Assembly: GCA_037379345.1 (NCBI GenBank)
Contig: CM074512.1
Span: forward strand, 66,051,597 to 66,115,596
Reading direction: 5' to 3'
Length of the DNA stretch: 64,000 bases
Source of the DNA: Perna viridis
Taxonomy: Eukaryota
Part shown: positions 13,501-26,640 of the stretch, piece after piece
Position numbering within the stretch: the stretch's first letter is position 1
How the letters are laid out: every line of letters starts with the position of its first letter
Translations under genes and position numbers: made by a program
The notes under the pieces: model-generated
The model's input: only the letters and a program-made list of their open reading frames with translations
Told to the model about the DNA's origin: nothing
Database searches by the model: none

Positions 13501-16500
13501 AAGACGGCTATATATTATTTTACTAATATAGAAAATAAATCGCACTAAATATGTTATGGGTATGCTCTATTGAATTTGTAGATCAGCAGATGGTATTAAA
13601 AACAAAATTAAAAACTTTGTTAAAGGCATAATCAAGCCATGGATATACAGAAATAATCCAGGTAAACAATCCCTTAAACCTTCATTTTTTTCTTTTTTGA
13701 AATATTGTGTTCCTGAGTTTTCTTCTATTTTAAAGACAACTTAAAGAAACGTGACTTTCCTGTTAACCCAAACGGATTTCCGGACCGCTAAGCGAACGTG
13801 TTGCCGCTAAGATTTTATGTAGGTTTTAAGGGATTTTTCCTTTATTTCGCAAAAATCAAAGAAGCTGAAATATAGAATTGTGTTAATCATTTGATAAGAA
13901 TGCACTTATCTCAGATACTTTTTACTTGAAACAAAAAAAAATTGGTCCCCGATTTTTCCTTTCTTTTTCTTTTATTTATTTTTTCATTTTAATTTATAAG
14001 TACTTGTAATTTTGATTTTATATGTTCTGATAAGGCATGATATTCTTAAATTTCAAATTACAGTTAACTATATAAATAAAATGTCCAAACATTGTTCTGT
14101 GTAATAGGTATAATCGTCATTATATTGGCATCAAAATGTAGCAAAAATTATTACTAAGAATTATGCTTACTCTATTTAGAATTCAAGTACTCAGCAAGGA
14201 TATTGTCTGTGTATTTTGTTTCCTTCATTCTAATTTACACGGTGAGTTAATCAACGAATTTTTATATTAGAATTTATCAATATCAAGTTGTAATGAGAAC
14301 CTGAAAGTAAAAAATAGGACTACGTGATTTTCATGTGATAGCCACATTTATATAAAGTACATGCATATTTTATGTATGAATTTGTTGTACTATTTTGCTT
14401 AGCGCCACTGGTGATTTTTGCTAGGTAAAGAACAAATTTACCTAAAAACATGCGGGCACACCATCTCGTTAAGCATTAACAAACATTAGAACATGCTCAT
14501 CATTTTGGACAGATACAAATGTATTGTTTATAAGTCGGAAACCGTCAGACAAACACCATAGATACGTAAGATACGCGCACTCCTCCGTTATTAAGCAGCT
14601 TCTCGCATATTGCGTAGAGTGATCGCTGATTGAAATTTAAATGTATCCTTAACATCTGTCTAACGATAAAGCAACGCTCGTTTTACGTCATCAAACGTTT
14701 CCCGAATATATATTAATCTCCTCAACGTTAGTCTGACGATTTGAAAGCATATATGATGTAAAGAAAGTCATATAATAGAATAATGAATATCGTATCAACC
14801 AGATTGTCTTATGGTTGGCTTGGGTACGTTGTGTACAAAGTCAAATTAATTGGTATAAAGAATTAAACACTTTATAAGAGCTACATATAAGTTTACTGTG
14901 TGTAACAGGTTCTTAATGCATATGTAGCTTAACTTTATGAATAAATTTATCAAGAAATTTGTGTTTGCTTGTGCAAAGGAATTGAACCTAAGTAGATGGT
15001 ATGTATGTAATGACTTTACCTTCCAATATTTTAAATAAACGTTCAGAATTAACCTTTATTAAGACGATTCAGCAGAAGAAAGTGTTTGAGTGTATGAGTG
15101 CGTGTTACCTTTCCTTACCTTTTTGTGTGATTTTAAAATTAAAAATTCTATCAATATTTACCATTGCCTTCCAAGTCACTTATAATACTGTTTTGTTTTG
15201 TTTTTTTTTTTCGCAGGTAACCGTTGAAGTGTATTCTTTTATCGTCCCTGGATTCAATGCAATATTAGAAAATATTCTCTTAATCTTGGGAACTATAGGT
15301 TTTGAGGATAATATTTATGACTCTGACGATACAATTGCAGCCAGAAGGTTACTGTATCTGCTGTATTATGTCGTAGATGCCATGAGAAGTATGTACATTA
15401 AAACTTTGTTTGTAACGTCATAGAATTTTTCAGTCTAATGATAACGAGAATTATTTTTTTTTATTCAGTAACGAACAAATCCTCAATTGAAAATGAAACC
15501 AACATGATCCCAATGGTACAGACAAAAAAGCCACCATTATTAATCACTGTGCCAACATCGCCGAAGAACGTCATGCATCCACAAAGAAGGGGCACTTTTA
15601 CCTTGCTAGTACAAATTCAAAGCTTGCTGTCGCAATGATAAATTTAAAAACATTTGAAATTGTTGTTAACATAAGACAATAAGAAACAAATTTGGAATAT
15701 TGAATAAATTAAATACGACTGCACAACCATCTAATGGTATATTTAGGGATAGAAGACTACTTATCAAGGATGCAAGATCATTTAAAATCCAGTAACTTAC
15801 TATTATTTCTTTTCAGTTTGCATTATTTGTGCCACAACTTTTGAAATGATACTGTCATCTTTAATTATTTTCCACATGATATCATCGTACAGGTATAACT
15901 CAACTTACATCCTTTTCAGTTTAGAAAAGTGTTCATTTTCAAATATATATACAGAGTACTGCATTTTGCGCTTCGTCAGAATGATATTCAATAAATTCTT
16001 TATAATTTTGTGTTATCAGTAATGTAAACTACTAGAACTATTAGTCTTAGTTCTATTAAAAACGCCTAAAACAACAACACGTTTTTTTTTTTATTTTTAG
16101 GAAAAATCTCCTTGGCCTGTATAAAGGGTCGAATGTTCATCTACCTCCAAGTTCTGATAAAAGCAACCCAAGCCTCATGGTAATTACTTCCACTGAGTGC
16201 ACTATCATATGTAAAATTCAGGGAAACAAAAGATAACGTACTTTTGGCCATGGACACCTATTCATTTCTTTACTTCCGATATTGCTACGTCTTCATAAAC
16301 CGAAAACTCGGGGGGAAAATAACACACACAGAACAAAATATTCATTGTAGTTAGGAGTTAGACCTAGGGTAAGGGACACAAATCTTCAAACCAGTGATAT
16401 GTTTGTATCATATTCAATTTCACTAAAGTCTTTCAAGCTTTCATTTGAAACAGAATGAAATCAGTCCAAGTTACTCTGATGCTTACATGAGAATGATGTA

Positions 16501-19500
16501 AAATGCTGAATATAAACATTCCAATGATTTGTAAGAGTTGTGTTCCTTACCCTAGGTCTACCCACTTAGATTAGTATGAACAAGAACAGGGTATAAATAT
16601 TATGTTCAAATTTAGCTCGACAATGACGTTTACTGAATGTCTTCATTGATACCTAAACCTTTACACCGAGTTTTGATTACAAAAATGCAATTGATTCTTT
16701 GTAATTCGGTCATTAAAATGTTAATCACATTGTAGTTTTAATCACAAGTTAGCGCACCATATTCAGTCAATGTAATACTAACTACTAAATAAAATTTCTT
16801 AAAATTCAAAATGGATAATAAAAACTACGAATTTTACATACCATATTTCTAAATAACCTCTATCATAGAAAAGAGAAATAATAGGATTATATATAAAAAA
16901 AAAAAAACAGATGCATACAAATAATTTTTTTAATTCCTACAAAGTCATTATATTAAAATAAACAAAGTCTAATAAGGACACATTGTAAATAACATTTGGC
17001 CATCTTGTACTTAGTTTTAAACACTTACAGGTCGGAACAATGCGATATACCGGTTATCAGATCGCCTACTCTTTATGGGGTAAGCTAATTTTACATTTGT
17101 TTTTGTTTAACTTACATGACTTGACGATGAAACAGCTACGTTTGTACCATAAACAATTCACTGTCAGTTTCCTTTTTTTTACAAAACAATATAGACTATA
17201 ACCTCAATGTAATTTACACACAGAAAGTCAAAAGTAAATTATTGTTTAAGTTCTATTGTCACAAAAATGAATATTAAGTAGAAGTCTGTGTACGAATCAT
17301 GCAAATTTTGTAATAGGTGATACATTTCAAAGAGTAATCAAGGGAACCAAGATTCTAGCAGAAATCAAAAGAATGTAATCCAGGAACCGGACATGGAAAA
17401 CAGACAATCACAACAAAGAGCATAAAAGAACTGAAATAATACATACAAAGGAACAAAAGTAAACTCTGATTCCACTTATAACTGGGAGCATGGACCAGGT
17501 GCATTGGTAGAGTAAGCGTCCTCTGCTTTTCTAGCAACACGTGTAGAGAACGGCTTCACATTTTTATTTTTGTTTGTTTAGTTGTTTTGTGGGCTAAATG
17601 ATGAAATGTATTATCATTCATTTCCATCTGTCAGATCATAGAAGATTATTGAGATTGAAAATACAATAGTTTTTAATATATTTAATTAATAATTAATTTT
17701 AATATAGTTAATTTTGGATTCTACAGTATATTCTATTTAACTTTTACCTTCTAAGAGCACGCGTTATCTGACTATAAAGTCACTTGTTTATTCTGCTAAC
17801 TATAACATTTTAAACAAAATATCAAAAACAAAAATATATAGGCTTTCCAACCATGAATCATATTTTGAATGATTCTTATCTTAATGTCTCGTTTATATAT
17901 ATAAATACGAAAATGGTACACTTTTCCAACAGGTTATGTCATACAGTGGCTTATATTCTTCATTGTTTTCATGGCAATTGCATTTATCGTGACCCTGTAT
18001 AGAGCCGGTTATGGTGATATCATAACAGACAGAATGCGACAGTTATGGTAATTGTGTAAATGTATAAGAATCAACAGTGTGTGTATAAGGTGTGGCACGT
18101 AAAAAACGCAAAACATTTATTGCATTATCCAAGTATTTATACTCCTTAACCATCAAAGTGTTTGTAAAGTACAATTTATCGGCTGATTATTACACAGAAT
18201 TGTACTTAATTGTATTTCGCTGGCATGTTTGAGATTCTATTCCGTTTACCAATTATAAAACATACGTAACATTAAAGAATGTTGGCCAGTTATAATTATC
18301 CACAACAAAATCTTTTATCATTGATCTTGAGTCCCAACTTAACATATTGGTACAAAACAATAATTAATCACTTAAAACAACCCATTTGACTCTTTTGTAG
18401 GCCAGCACCTCTCACTGCTATTGGTCTAAGTATCGGTCAGTTGTTACTGGCTAAATTTCTGTTCCTACAAGAACGTGGCGACTTACTTGGAATAGATAAC
18501 AGGTTTTTGTATCAACACATTTGTTTCTTATGTATGCCATATTAAACACAAGTCCAAATGAAATTCAGATATTATATACAATTGAGGTGATCCGTGGTGT
18601 AGAAAAACGCACCGAACCAATGCTGTTAGTCTATATTTGCGATTTTTGCAGGTAAAAATAGTCTTTTATGCATTCAATCTGTAGGAGACCAAACATTAAT
18701 CCTTGTCTGAAGCAACCTAATCAAACCAAATCAAGAACGATAACTCCTGCAAAGTGCTAATTTTGTACACTATCTACTGTAAACGTATTAATTTTCGCAG
18801 GGTACTAATTTTCGTTATTTTCGCTGTTGCCTCAAGATCGTGAAAATTAGTACCCACGAAATATATTCAAATTATTAAGTCTTTTGATCGTTATATCACG
18901 GTTTCCACAATTTAGAATAGAAACATAGTTTGTGTAAGGATCTTATAATTCAACGCAATCAAGTATGAATTTGCAATAAGTTTATTATAAAAACGTATAC
19001 GGTAAAAGCATGTGGGTTATAATTTCTAAATCCATGATCTTATTTACATCATGATTTGTATTAATGGTCATAGAGTACCTGTCATATCAAAGAATAGAAT
19101 TCAATACTGTGCAAATATTATGTTCACAAAAACAAAATGTAAGTGTCAAACACACACACACAAAACAGGTAATCACCGATAAAAGGTTACTGTTAAATAC
19201 ACAGGCTGATAACTGTCAATAAAAAGTTAATCCGTAAACATGCAATTAAAGTGTCAAAATTTAATCCCTACTAAAGACTACGGTTTCGGCAATTAAGTGA
19301 GTTCTTTCTAGTTTTAAATAAGAGTACGCTGTTGATTAAAATGACATGAAGAAACTATACATGTGGACTTGTCCATTTTTATATCGTATTAACTATTAAC
19401 TGAGAATAGTTAAGTGGACTGTAACTGTTCCTGAATACGGAATAAAAATGAATATGGTGGCATTTTGACATGCATGAATTACCTCTTCCATAATTTACTC

Positions 19501-22500
19501 AAGACTATTTACCTATACGATGGACAATGGGGATTTATAGTATAGCAATCCTAAATTCTGACATATTATTTCATATAGCAGCATTGCTTATGTAACAAGT
19601 TGAAATATACAAATATAGTGCTTAACAACAATGTCAGTCCTAGACAAGTCTTGTTTTTTTTCAGGAGAGGATTCTTCCTGATGTCATATTTCATATTTTT
19701 CTACAATACATTCCTTGGGTTTATTTCCTGTTTATTGCGAATAATAAAGGCGATTATCATTGGTGCATTATTTTTGGGACGACTTGATCATAGTACACTC
19801 CCTCGACGCTTCCAACTTATGGACCCAGGTAAAATTACAAAATAAATATTATCATAAAAAAAACTTTATAGTGTAATTCAAAAAACAAGTACATAACACA
19901 ATAAGCAAAAGATGTATCGGTGTATGTAAATCATCACTGTGTATGTAGGTCTTCTCCATGTATGTAGGTCGTCTGTATGTATGTACATTGTCTGTATGTA
20001 TATACATTGTTTCTGTGTAAGTAAATTATCTCTGTGTTTGTAGAGATCGTTTCTGTGTGTGTAAATCGTCCCTCTGTATGCAGATCCTCTTTATGTTTGT
20101 ATATTGTCTCTGTATAGCTAAACTGGTTTAACAACAAAATGTTACCTTTAAGAAAATCCATCTGTACAGAGATTTTGAATAAACGATTTTATATTGAGCA
20201 GAAAAAAGTTTTAAAAAATAGTTGTACATGTATTGAAAACTGCGTTCAGGTTCTTTGGTATTATCACCCTTGTCACGAAAGGGTGGTGTAAACACAGTTT
20301 CAAGTCCGAGTTATTTATTTACTTTTGTTGCTTTGTATGTATTATTGTGGTTATTTTATGTTCTTTGTTGAGTGTATCTGTTTTCCATGTCTGGTCTTTG
20401 TTCCTGGATGACATTCCTTTGATTACACTTTCAACCCTCAGCCTTTAATTCTAAATTTAAGGATGCTATCACTTAAACACAATCAAAAGAATACTTTTGA
20501 AAGGAAATTCAAGGGAACCATAATTCGAAGGGTAATCGAAAAGATGACTAATCCTAAGATGACTACTAGATTAGGGAAATAATCACACACAACAAAGAAA
20601 ATGACATAAGCAAAACAAATGGGAGTCATGTCACTTTTTGACCACGTACTGAAGTGTTAGAGCCGAGACTTTGACGGAATTTTTAAGATCTACTAAGTTT
20701 TGTTCTCGCTTTATCGTCAGGGTTTGATGCATATGTCGGATTCATGCACATGGAGAATGCTCACTTCAACCCCATTCTATTGACATTTATTGACATTCTT
20801 AAGCAGTTGGTGCCTAATGATCCTGAAGTAGGAACAGATGAAGAAAAACGTAAGTAGCGTTTCTTATTATTATTTAAGGCCTTGCTTTGATGGACGGAGC
20901 TCAATATCGTATTAAAAGACAAAGCAGCACATCTGCACTTGCGCAATCGTAAACTTCCATGTCGACAAATATCGTTTAGCCATTCATGGTTCTAGTCTTA
21001 CATTTTATTCTCCGTGCTCATTATGTATAGACCGTCATTTGTGTCCTCTTTGCTTTGTGTTGATACATTTACTTGTAGATGCAATATCAAAATATTTTGA
21101 ATAATGCTATTTGTGATTAATTTACAACTAAAACTATTTTTGCATTTAAAATCGCAAAGAGTTACATACGCGAAAAGAGAAAATGGAAACTAAAAATGTG
21201 TCAAAAAGATAACAACCCTACTGAACTGAGGTAAAAAAACATTCAAAAGGAAGGCTACAAACGGTGAGAAATTTTCAACACTGGGACTCTTTACATTACA
21301 CTAAACTTTCACTTCTAATCAGAACCGATATTTTGTGCAGTGTCTTCCTTAACAAAATAAAACATCTCATTAAAATAAAAACTCTTAGTGGGGTAAGGCA
21401 TGTGTGGAATATTCGTAGTCAATTTGACATATGCTGTGTTTGGTTTCTGAACGAACATTTACGCAAGATTTCCTCTCAAATAAATTGTAGGGTCAAACAC
21501 GTTCAATAAACATAAATTAAAGTAAGCAACAATTGCTTGTTAGTTGCAGAAATGGTTGATATAAAACGTAAAGAAAAACAGAGACGTCATAACCTTGTAC
21601 AACGGAGGTGGTACTTGGCAACCCTACTACATTACAATCCTCAACTACGTGTTTTGAGGAAAAACTTTTTAATGGAACGGTACAAATATCAAACCGCTGA
21701 TACTGAAAAAGGAGAAAATGAATTAGAAAAGAAAACTGTACCAAAGAATATTCCTCCTTTGGTAAGTATTTGTCCCAATTTAAATCGTTTTAATGTTTTT
21801 TCTCGTTCACATTCGGGGACTTAGTTTAACAAAACATTCATACAAATGAGTAATGACGGAAACCAAGATTCTAGCGGAAATCAAAAGTATGTAATCCAGG
21901 GGCAAAGATCAGACTCAGAAAACAGAAAATTACAAACAAGAACATAAAGTTGCTAAAAAAATAATACATACAAAGTGGCAGAAGTGAATGATTTGAAATG
22001 AATTATTTTGAACCTCATTGACTGTTATAATTTTCATTGTTCTTGAAATAATGTAAAATTTAGAATTCTATATTATGATCATTAATAGACATGGTTCACT
22101 TCAGTTGTACAATTCCTTTTTTTTAAAAGTTGATGATCTTTATTCATCAATTATTATAACAACAAAATTACCAAACACCATACCGATGCAAAATCAAGTC
22201 ACGTTCAAATTAAATCAGACCACTAAATATGACACCATCGGGGAAGTTAGTACCGCAATTGTTCTGATTTGGTACAGGCATTTCCAACGATATGATGGGT
22301 TAGATCTAGGTTCTACAGAGCGCCAAATCGCATCTCTTTCATTATGGTGTGAATATACCGGTAGTGATGAAATAGTATTTGCATGCTGGTGTGTGTCAGA
22401 GTTGGTTAATTATAGTGGTCATATCAGTACAAGAATAATTTACACAAAGCAATCATTACTCATTTTTTTAAAAGAAATAGTATTTTTTTTTCAACCACGG

Positions 22501-22716
22501 ACTGATACATCAATAGAGAATCAAATCAAATTCACCGGTAATTGCATCATTCCGTTCCACCTTCATAGTATATAATATTCCCATTTAATTAATTCTGTTC
22601 TGACAGTTCATTAATTACTTACTGATCTAATTGACAATAATGATGAATAGATTAAATATAGTTATTTTTGTGTTCTCATCTTTTAGCAAAATGGATACAA
22701 ATCTATAAAAGCTTAG
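10465..22716 (+). CDS. STRA6-like: STRA6-like multipass membrane receptor, paralogue A (about 683 aa, 18 exons)
   Basis: Exons: 10465-10538, 10803-10878, 11248-11333, 11995-12128, 12622-12791, 13124-13365, 13582-13661, 14180-14241, 15217-15388, 15817-15892, 16101-16179, 17031-17079, 17933-18047, 18401-18502, 19665-19828, 20721-20849, 21550-21761, 22687-22716 (2052 nt, open). Family motifs: RPGI..PMN, YFPIFA, F.YS.R, YRKNLLGLYKG, YTGYQIAY..WGY, FFYN.FLG...C..R, RLD......F..MDPGF.AY.GF...E..H.NP, W.LA.LLH.NPQL...RK. The intron-2 donor is AT, not GT. The last exon is the least certain. Confidence 0.9.
10803..10878 (+). CDS. STRA6-like A exon 2
   Basis: SACTTGDVLDTDAQYLFYQIMVVPS, homologous to B FYQYMMIPS; followed by ATGAGT instead of GT. 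Confidence 0.75.
11248..11333 (+). CDS. STRA6-like A exon 3
   Basis: FLEFVILSFLIKRKSKYPDKCWSRPGIL. Confidence 0.9.
11995..12128 (+). CDS. STRA6-like A exon 4
   Basis: PMNLYETQNRMSFVAAFSS... Confidence 0.9.
12622..12791 (+). CDS. STRA6-like A exon 5
   Basis: FVILLSVICYGFIYFPIFAALTLRSPIGY... Confidence 0.92.
13124..13365 (+). CDS. STRA6-like A exon 6
   Basis: LDQFLLVVRNWPKVL...GRHVRKIF. Confidence 0.9.
13582..13661 (+). CDS. STRA6-like A exon 7
   Basis: SADGIKNKIKNFVKGIIKPWIYRNNP. Confidence 0.88.
14180..14241 (+). CDS. STRA6-like A exon 8
   Basis: FKYSARILSVYFVSFILIYT. Confidence 0.9.
15217..15388 (+). CDS. STRA6-like A exon 9
   Basis: VTVEVYSFIVPG...LYYVVDAMR. Confidence 0.9.
15817..15892 (+). 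CDS. STRA6-like A exon 10
   Basis: CIICATTFEMILSSLIIFHMISSY. Confidence 0.9.
16101..16179 (+). CDS. STRA6-like A exon 11
   Basis: KNLLGLYKGSNVHLPPSSDKSNPSLM. Confidence 0.9.
16359..16560. mobile_element. Small MITE with about 27-bp TIRs
   Basis: TAGACCTAGGGTAAGGGACACAAATCTT ... AAGAGTTGTGTTCCTTACCCTAGGTCTA. Confidence 0.75.
17031..17079 (+). CDS. STRA6-like A exon 12
   Basis: VGTMRYTGYQIAYSLW. Confidence 0.92.
17329..17540 (-). mobile_element. Family R1 copy
   Basis: AGAGTAATCAAGGGAACCAAG...GGGAGCATGGACCAGGTGCA on the plus strand. Confidence 0.85.
17933..18047 (+). CDS. STRA6-like A exon 13
   Basis: YVIQWLIFFIVFMAIAFIVTLYRAG... (115 nt). Confidence 0.9.
18401..18502 (+). CDS. STRA6-like A exon 14
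   Basis: PAPLTAIGLSIGQLLLAKFLFLQERGDLLGIDNR. Confidence 0.9.
19665..19828 (+). CDS. STRA6-like A exon 15
   Basis: RGFFLMSYFIFFYNTFLG...RLDHSTLPRRFQLMDP. Confidence 0.93.
19915..20120. repeat. Degenerate about 20-bp tandem repeat
   Basis: TCTGTATGTAAATCGTC-like units. Confidence 0.7.
20303..20430 (+). mobile_element. Family R1 partial copy
   Basis: AGTCCGAGTT...TTTTCCATGTCTGGTCTTTG. Confidence 0.7.
20721..20849 (+). CDS. STRA6-like A exon 16
   Basis: GFDAYVGFMHMENAHFNPILLTF... Confidence 0.93.
21550..21761 (+). CDS. STRA6-like A exon 17
   Basis: ...RRWYLATLLHYNPQLRVLRK...NIPPL, then GTAAGT; read-through would stop at 21824. Confidence 0.88.
21846..21990 (-). mobile_element. Family R1 truncated copy
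   Basis: GAGTAATGACGGAAACCAAG...TGTAATCCAGGG. Confidence 0.7.
22687..22716 (+). CDS. STRA6-like A probable terminal exon 18
   Basis: ctcatcttttag|QNGYKSIKA*; phase 0 matches the donor at 21762. Confidence 0.5.
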   Translation, partial: QNGYKSIKA

Positions 22717-25310
22717 ACGACCTACGGAATGGAACAGTTGATGTGACATTTACGTTTTGTGTTATTTTGCAAAATTGTATGTTTGGCCATAAAACGATAA
22801 TAGCTAAGTTTGTATTTTTGATAACCTTTTATGTATATCATAAAAACAGAATGGTGATGAGATCTATAGACACACTATAAAAATATTATTATACTTATTC
22901 TTCCTTAGGATTTGTAAGCAAACTGTATGTATTTTGTAAAAGAAGGTTTTTTCCATTTTATGTTTTTTTTTATTATTTATATTCACATTCATTATTATTA
23001 TTTATTTTGGCAAATTAATCACTGTAACTATGTAAAACGTATTTGAAGAGTTGAATTTTATTTAAGTATTTCGTTGTAAAGTTAGCTTTTGTTTATGTAG
23101 GCTCCATGTGGTCATTGAAATTCATCTGCAAATTTTAAGATACCGCTACCACAATGACAGTATGTTGGCAACAGAGAATTGTAATCATAGGAAAGCTTCT
23201 GAAATAGAGAAAAAAAGAAAAGAGAAAATGTTTAACAACATACACAAGTATGTTATAGATACAAGCATGGTCGAATAATTAAAAATGTACTCGAACCTGT
23301 GTAAAAAAGTTCAAATATCGTGATGAATTTACAACAGCAATTTATTGTGGTTAATTTAATCATTTACAGAGAAATCTTGGTAAAACAAGTAAATAATAAA
23401 CCAGAAATGTGACTGTTCAAACAAGACATCTGCTGCAGGGACCTTCCGTTCTAACGTATTCCGAATTGTGAAAATCGAACACTCGGAACTACGGACCAAA
23501 TCCAATAGTCTTATCTTTGTTTTACTGTATATCATTTTTATACATTGTTTTTTTTTATATTCAAAATGATTTTTTATTCAATGTTTGATTGTATTTTGTC
23601 TACCTCCTGTGATATGATATTAGGTGCTTTTAACCAATGTTTGCGTTTTCTCTTTTATCCTCTTTTTTTATTAAAAATTAGATAGCAATCTTTATACAAA
23701 ATCAGACAGGAGGTAATTCATGCATGTCAAGCATAAATAGAATGAAAAAGCATCATCTGATCCATGGGTCTACACCATGAATCACCTTACCATAGACAAT
23801 GTCTGATTTTTATATGGACTGGTACTTTAATACAAAAATACCAATCACATGATTTTACTATACACAAGTTTCAAGGCGTAACCTCTCATTCGCAGTATTA
23901 GAATAAAAAATATATGAAGATCTCAAACCAAACATTAATTTTATACAAGAAGTGCAAAAGATCAAAACTATCGATATAAGAAATGAAATCCATCACCTAG
24001 AGGTTCTACCAAGTGCCATACTACGCATGAAGCCTTAGTGTTTTGATATTTTGAAATTTGTCATACCGCATATTTTTATAAATTCGATATATAAAATCTA
24101 CAATAATTCGGAGTAATACAAGTCTGACTACTGGGTTGGTGAATATCACGTAGGACCTTGGTCCATTAGCAGTGTCATCGACACAGTGGTTATTGAATAC
24201 AAAAATTTCGATCATATATATGACAAATTTCTATACGCTATACACGTATGAAAATCAAAGGACTGTGTTAACAAATAATCTTAAACCATTGTAGAATATA
24301 CATGAAAAACAACATAGTTGAAATAACCAACATTAGAAACCTGATAATCCAAACTCAAACTGAACTGAGAAATTGTAGAGCGTATTAAGTTATAAAACTT
24401 GAAGTAAATATGAGACAAAACATAGTCAGTAAAAAACAACTATAAAACTTTTTTTAACATTGTCATTTTAAACTTCAAATAGACTATGAATTTTCAAAAT
24501 ATTTAAAACAATACACCATACACGTACATGTGCAAAACATTATAATATAACTACTGTGTATTTTTAATGAAAGAAGGGCACACACACACAAAATAATTAC
24601 CATATTAATGACCAAACGTTCAAAGATTACTTCAAGTCTAATCCACGATTAGTATTTTAAAAGAACTTATGATTTACCTCCAATGTAACATTCATAATAA
24701 ATAAAAAGTGATACGTTCGTCTAAGCAAGGTAAGAACTAATTGATTGATATAAATTACGTACTAAATTTTCTTTTTTTCAAGAATATTTGGTGCCTCCGA
24801 CAAAAGATTCACATTTGCGTAATTTTTAGATATATACACCAAATAAAAATACAAAAATACCAATTATATTAATGTTGCTTATTTTGGTCTACAGCACATG
24901 CATTTCATTAAGTAAACCATCAGCAGTTTTAAAAACAAATACTTTACCATACTAAATAAATCATATACAAGAGGTTTTTAAAACCAACCAATATTTTGGA
25001 AATTTGGGAGTTATATTGAAAAGTTGAAAGGGTTTGGCGTCATGAAATTTAAAATCTTAGGATATTTTAATACCCTGTACACATGTAACGCATATAAGCT
25101 ACATTATATCATATTAGATATACAAAACGTTATAAATAAGAATTGGAAACCAATGTTTCGATAAAATTCTGTATTTCTGAAATGAGTGTAGTATTTTATG
25201 GTCCGGTTAGGCGGGTAATTTCAAATTTTGTCTCGTCAACTTGCTAGAAATAGGTTTTAGGAAAATTCTATTATTCAATTTTAAATATCAATTTGAAACA
25301 ATTTTGATAT

Positions 25311-25511
25311 ATGAGTAATCAAGGAAACCAAAATGCGAAAGGAAATCATACGAATGTAATATAGGGACAAAGACCAGACATGGAAAACAGACAACAAGGA
25401 ACAAAAAGTAACTAGAATAATACATATAAAGTAACAAAAGTAATAAGCAACTCTACTAAGACTCTACTAAAAACTGGGAGCATGGACCAGGCGCACCGGT
25501 AGGGTAAGCGT
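25311..25511 (-). mobile_element. Family R1 copy
   Basis: Ends in CACCGGTAGGGTAAGCGT; has a small internal duplication. Confidence 0.85.
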
Positions 25512-25966
25512 TTATGATATAACCTCAACAAAATAAGACTGTTGAAACTAGTTTAAATTCAAAGGTGGCGAATACAATCAATTCTTATCTTATATAAAAT
25601 ATAAGATGATCTTGTGAAATGGGAAGCCAATGATTTTCAATTTAAAGTGTATCCACAATTGTATGGACATAGACATTACTGATGTGCTTGATTTGATGTT
25701 ACATAAATTTAAACCACTACATACGTCACTCACCTTGTTTGAATGTGACGTGATATTGTCTTAATTTAAACCTCTCAAATATTTATCAAACATGACAACC
25801 ATAGACTTTAAATATGATCAGTAAATACTCATTGATCCGAACAATATTTGTTTAGAAAAGACCCGGTTTACTTAGGCTTATTCATTACTTATATGTTTAA
25901 ATTTGACTGGCCAATACCCTTGTGTTCATCTAATACCCAGAGCCTAATTAAAGATGGTAGTTGACA

Positions 25967-26169
25967 AAGAGTAATCAAGGGAACCAAGGTTATAGCGGTA
26001 AACAAAAGAATGTAATCCAGGGACAAAGACCAGACATGGAAAACAGACACACCCAACCAAAAACATAAAGTAACTAAAATCATACATACAAAGTAACAAA
26101 AGTAAATGAGCAACTCGGACTCCACTAAAAACTGGGAGCATGGACCAGGTGCACCGGTAGGGTGAGCGT
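25967..26169 (-). mobile_element. Family R1 copy
   Basis: Near-consensus copy; source of spurious ORFs 25889-26173 and 25944-26198. Confidence 0.9.
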
Positions 26170-26566
26170 ACAAAGACTGATTTAAATTTTATAAACATTA
26201 AAAGATGCTTTTGCCAAAATAAAAATGTACTTTGTCACAAGACTTAAACGCCCAATTGTGTATTAAGATTTGCAGGTACGACATTATCTAACATAAAAAG
26301 CCAATACGTAATTTTAGGTTTTGCTGATTTTCGTAAATAAAATGCTAAATATATGTTTTTCCTAATTCATTAATTTCATTGGTTTGTTAATTTTACACAG
26401 AGGTTTTATTACCATATTTTATCTCGATAATATTTTGTTTTCTCTTTGTTGTTTTCAGTATTCGTCGTTTCTGATTCTGAGTCTTTTTATTAATGCAGTA
26501 AGGTTTTCCTTATACATTCTATTCCATTTAACTAAGAACATGTTACAGATGTAACGTATATTTCAG

Positions 26567-26640
26567 ATGTCGCTGTCCTTATTCACTGTGTTGCTGGATA
26601 CAGCAGGGAATTCAACGTCATCCAATAACACAAGTCAAAA
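26567..26640 (+). CDS. STRA6-like B exon 1
   Basis: MSLSLFTVLLDTAGNSTSSNNTSQ. Confidence 0.78.

Noticed and set aside
22075-22575. 166-aa ORF, the longest in the track
   Set aside because: No recognisable domain. It lies in the last intron or 3' region of A and appears repeat-derived.
25889-26198. Apparent small-protein family (PTGAPGPCSQFLVESELL..., GVRVAHLLLL...) also at 17355, 20233, 27638, 29346, 41476 and 52570
   Set aside because: These are translations of the R1 repeat in varying frames, with no conserved start or stop.
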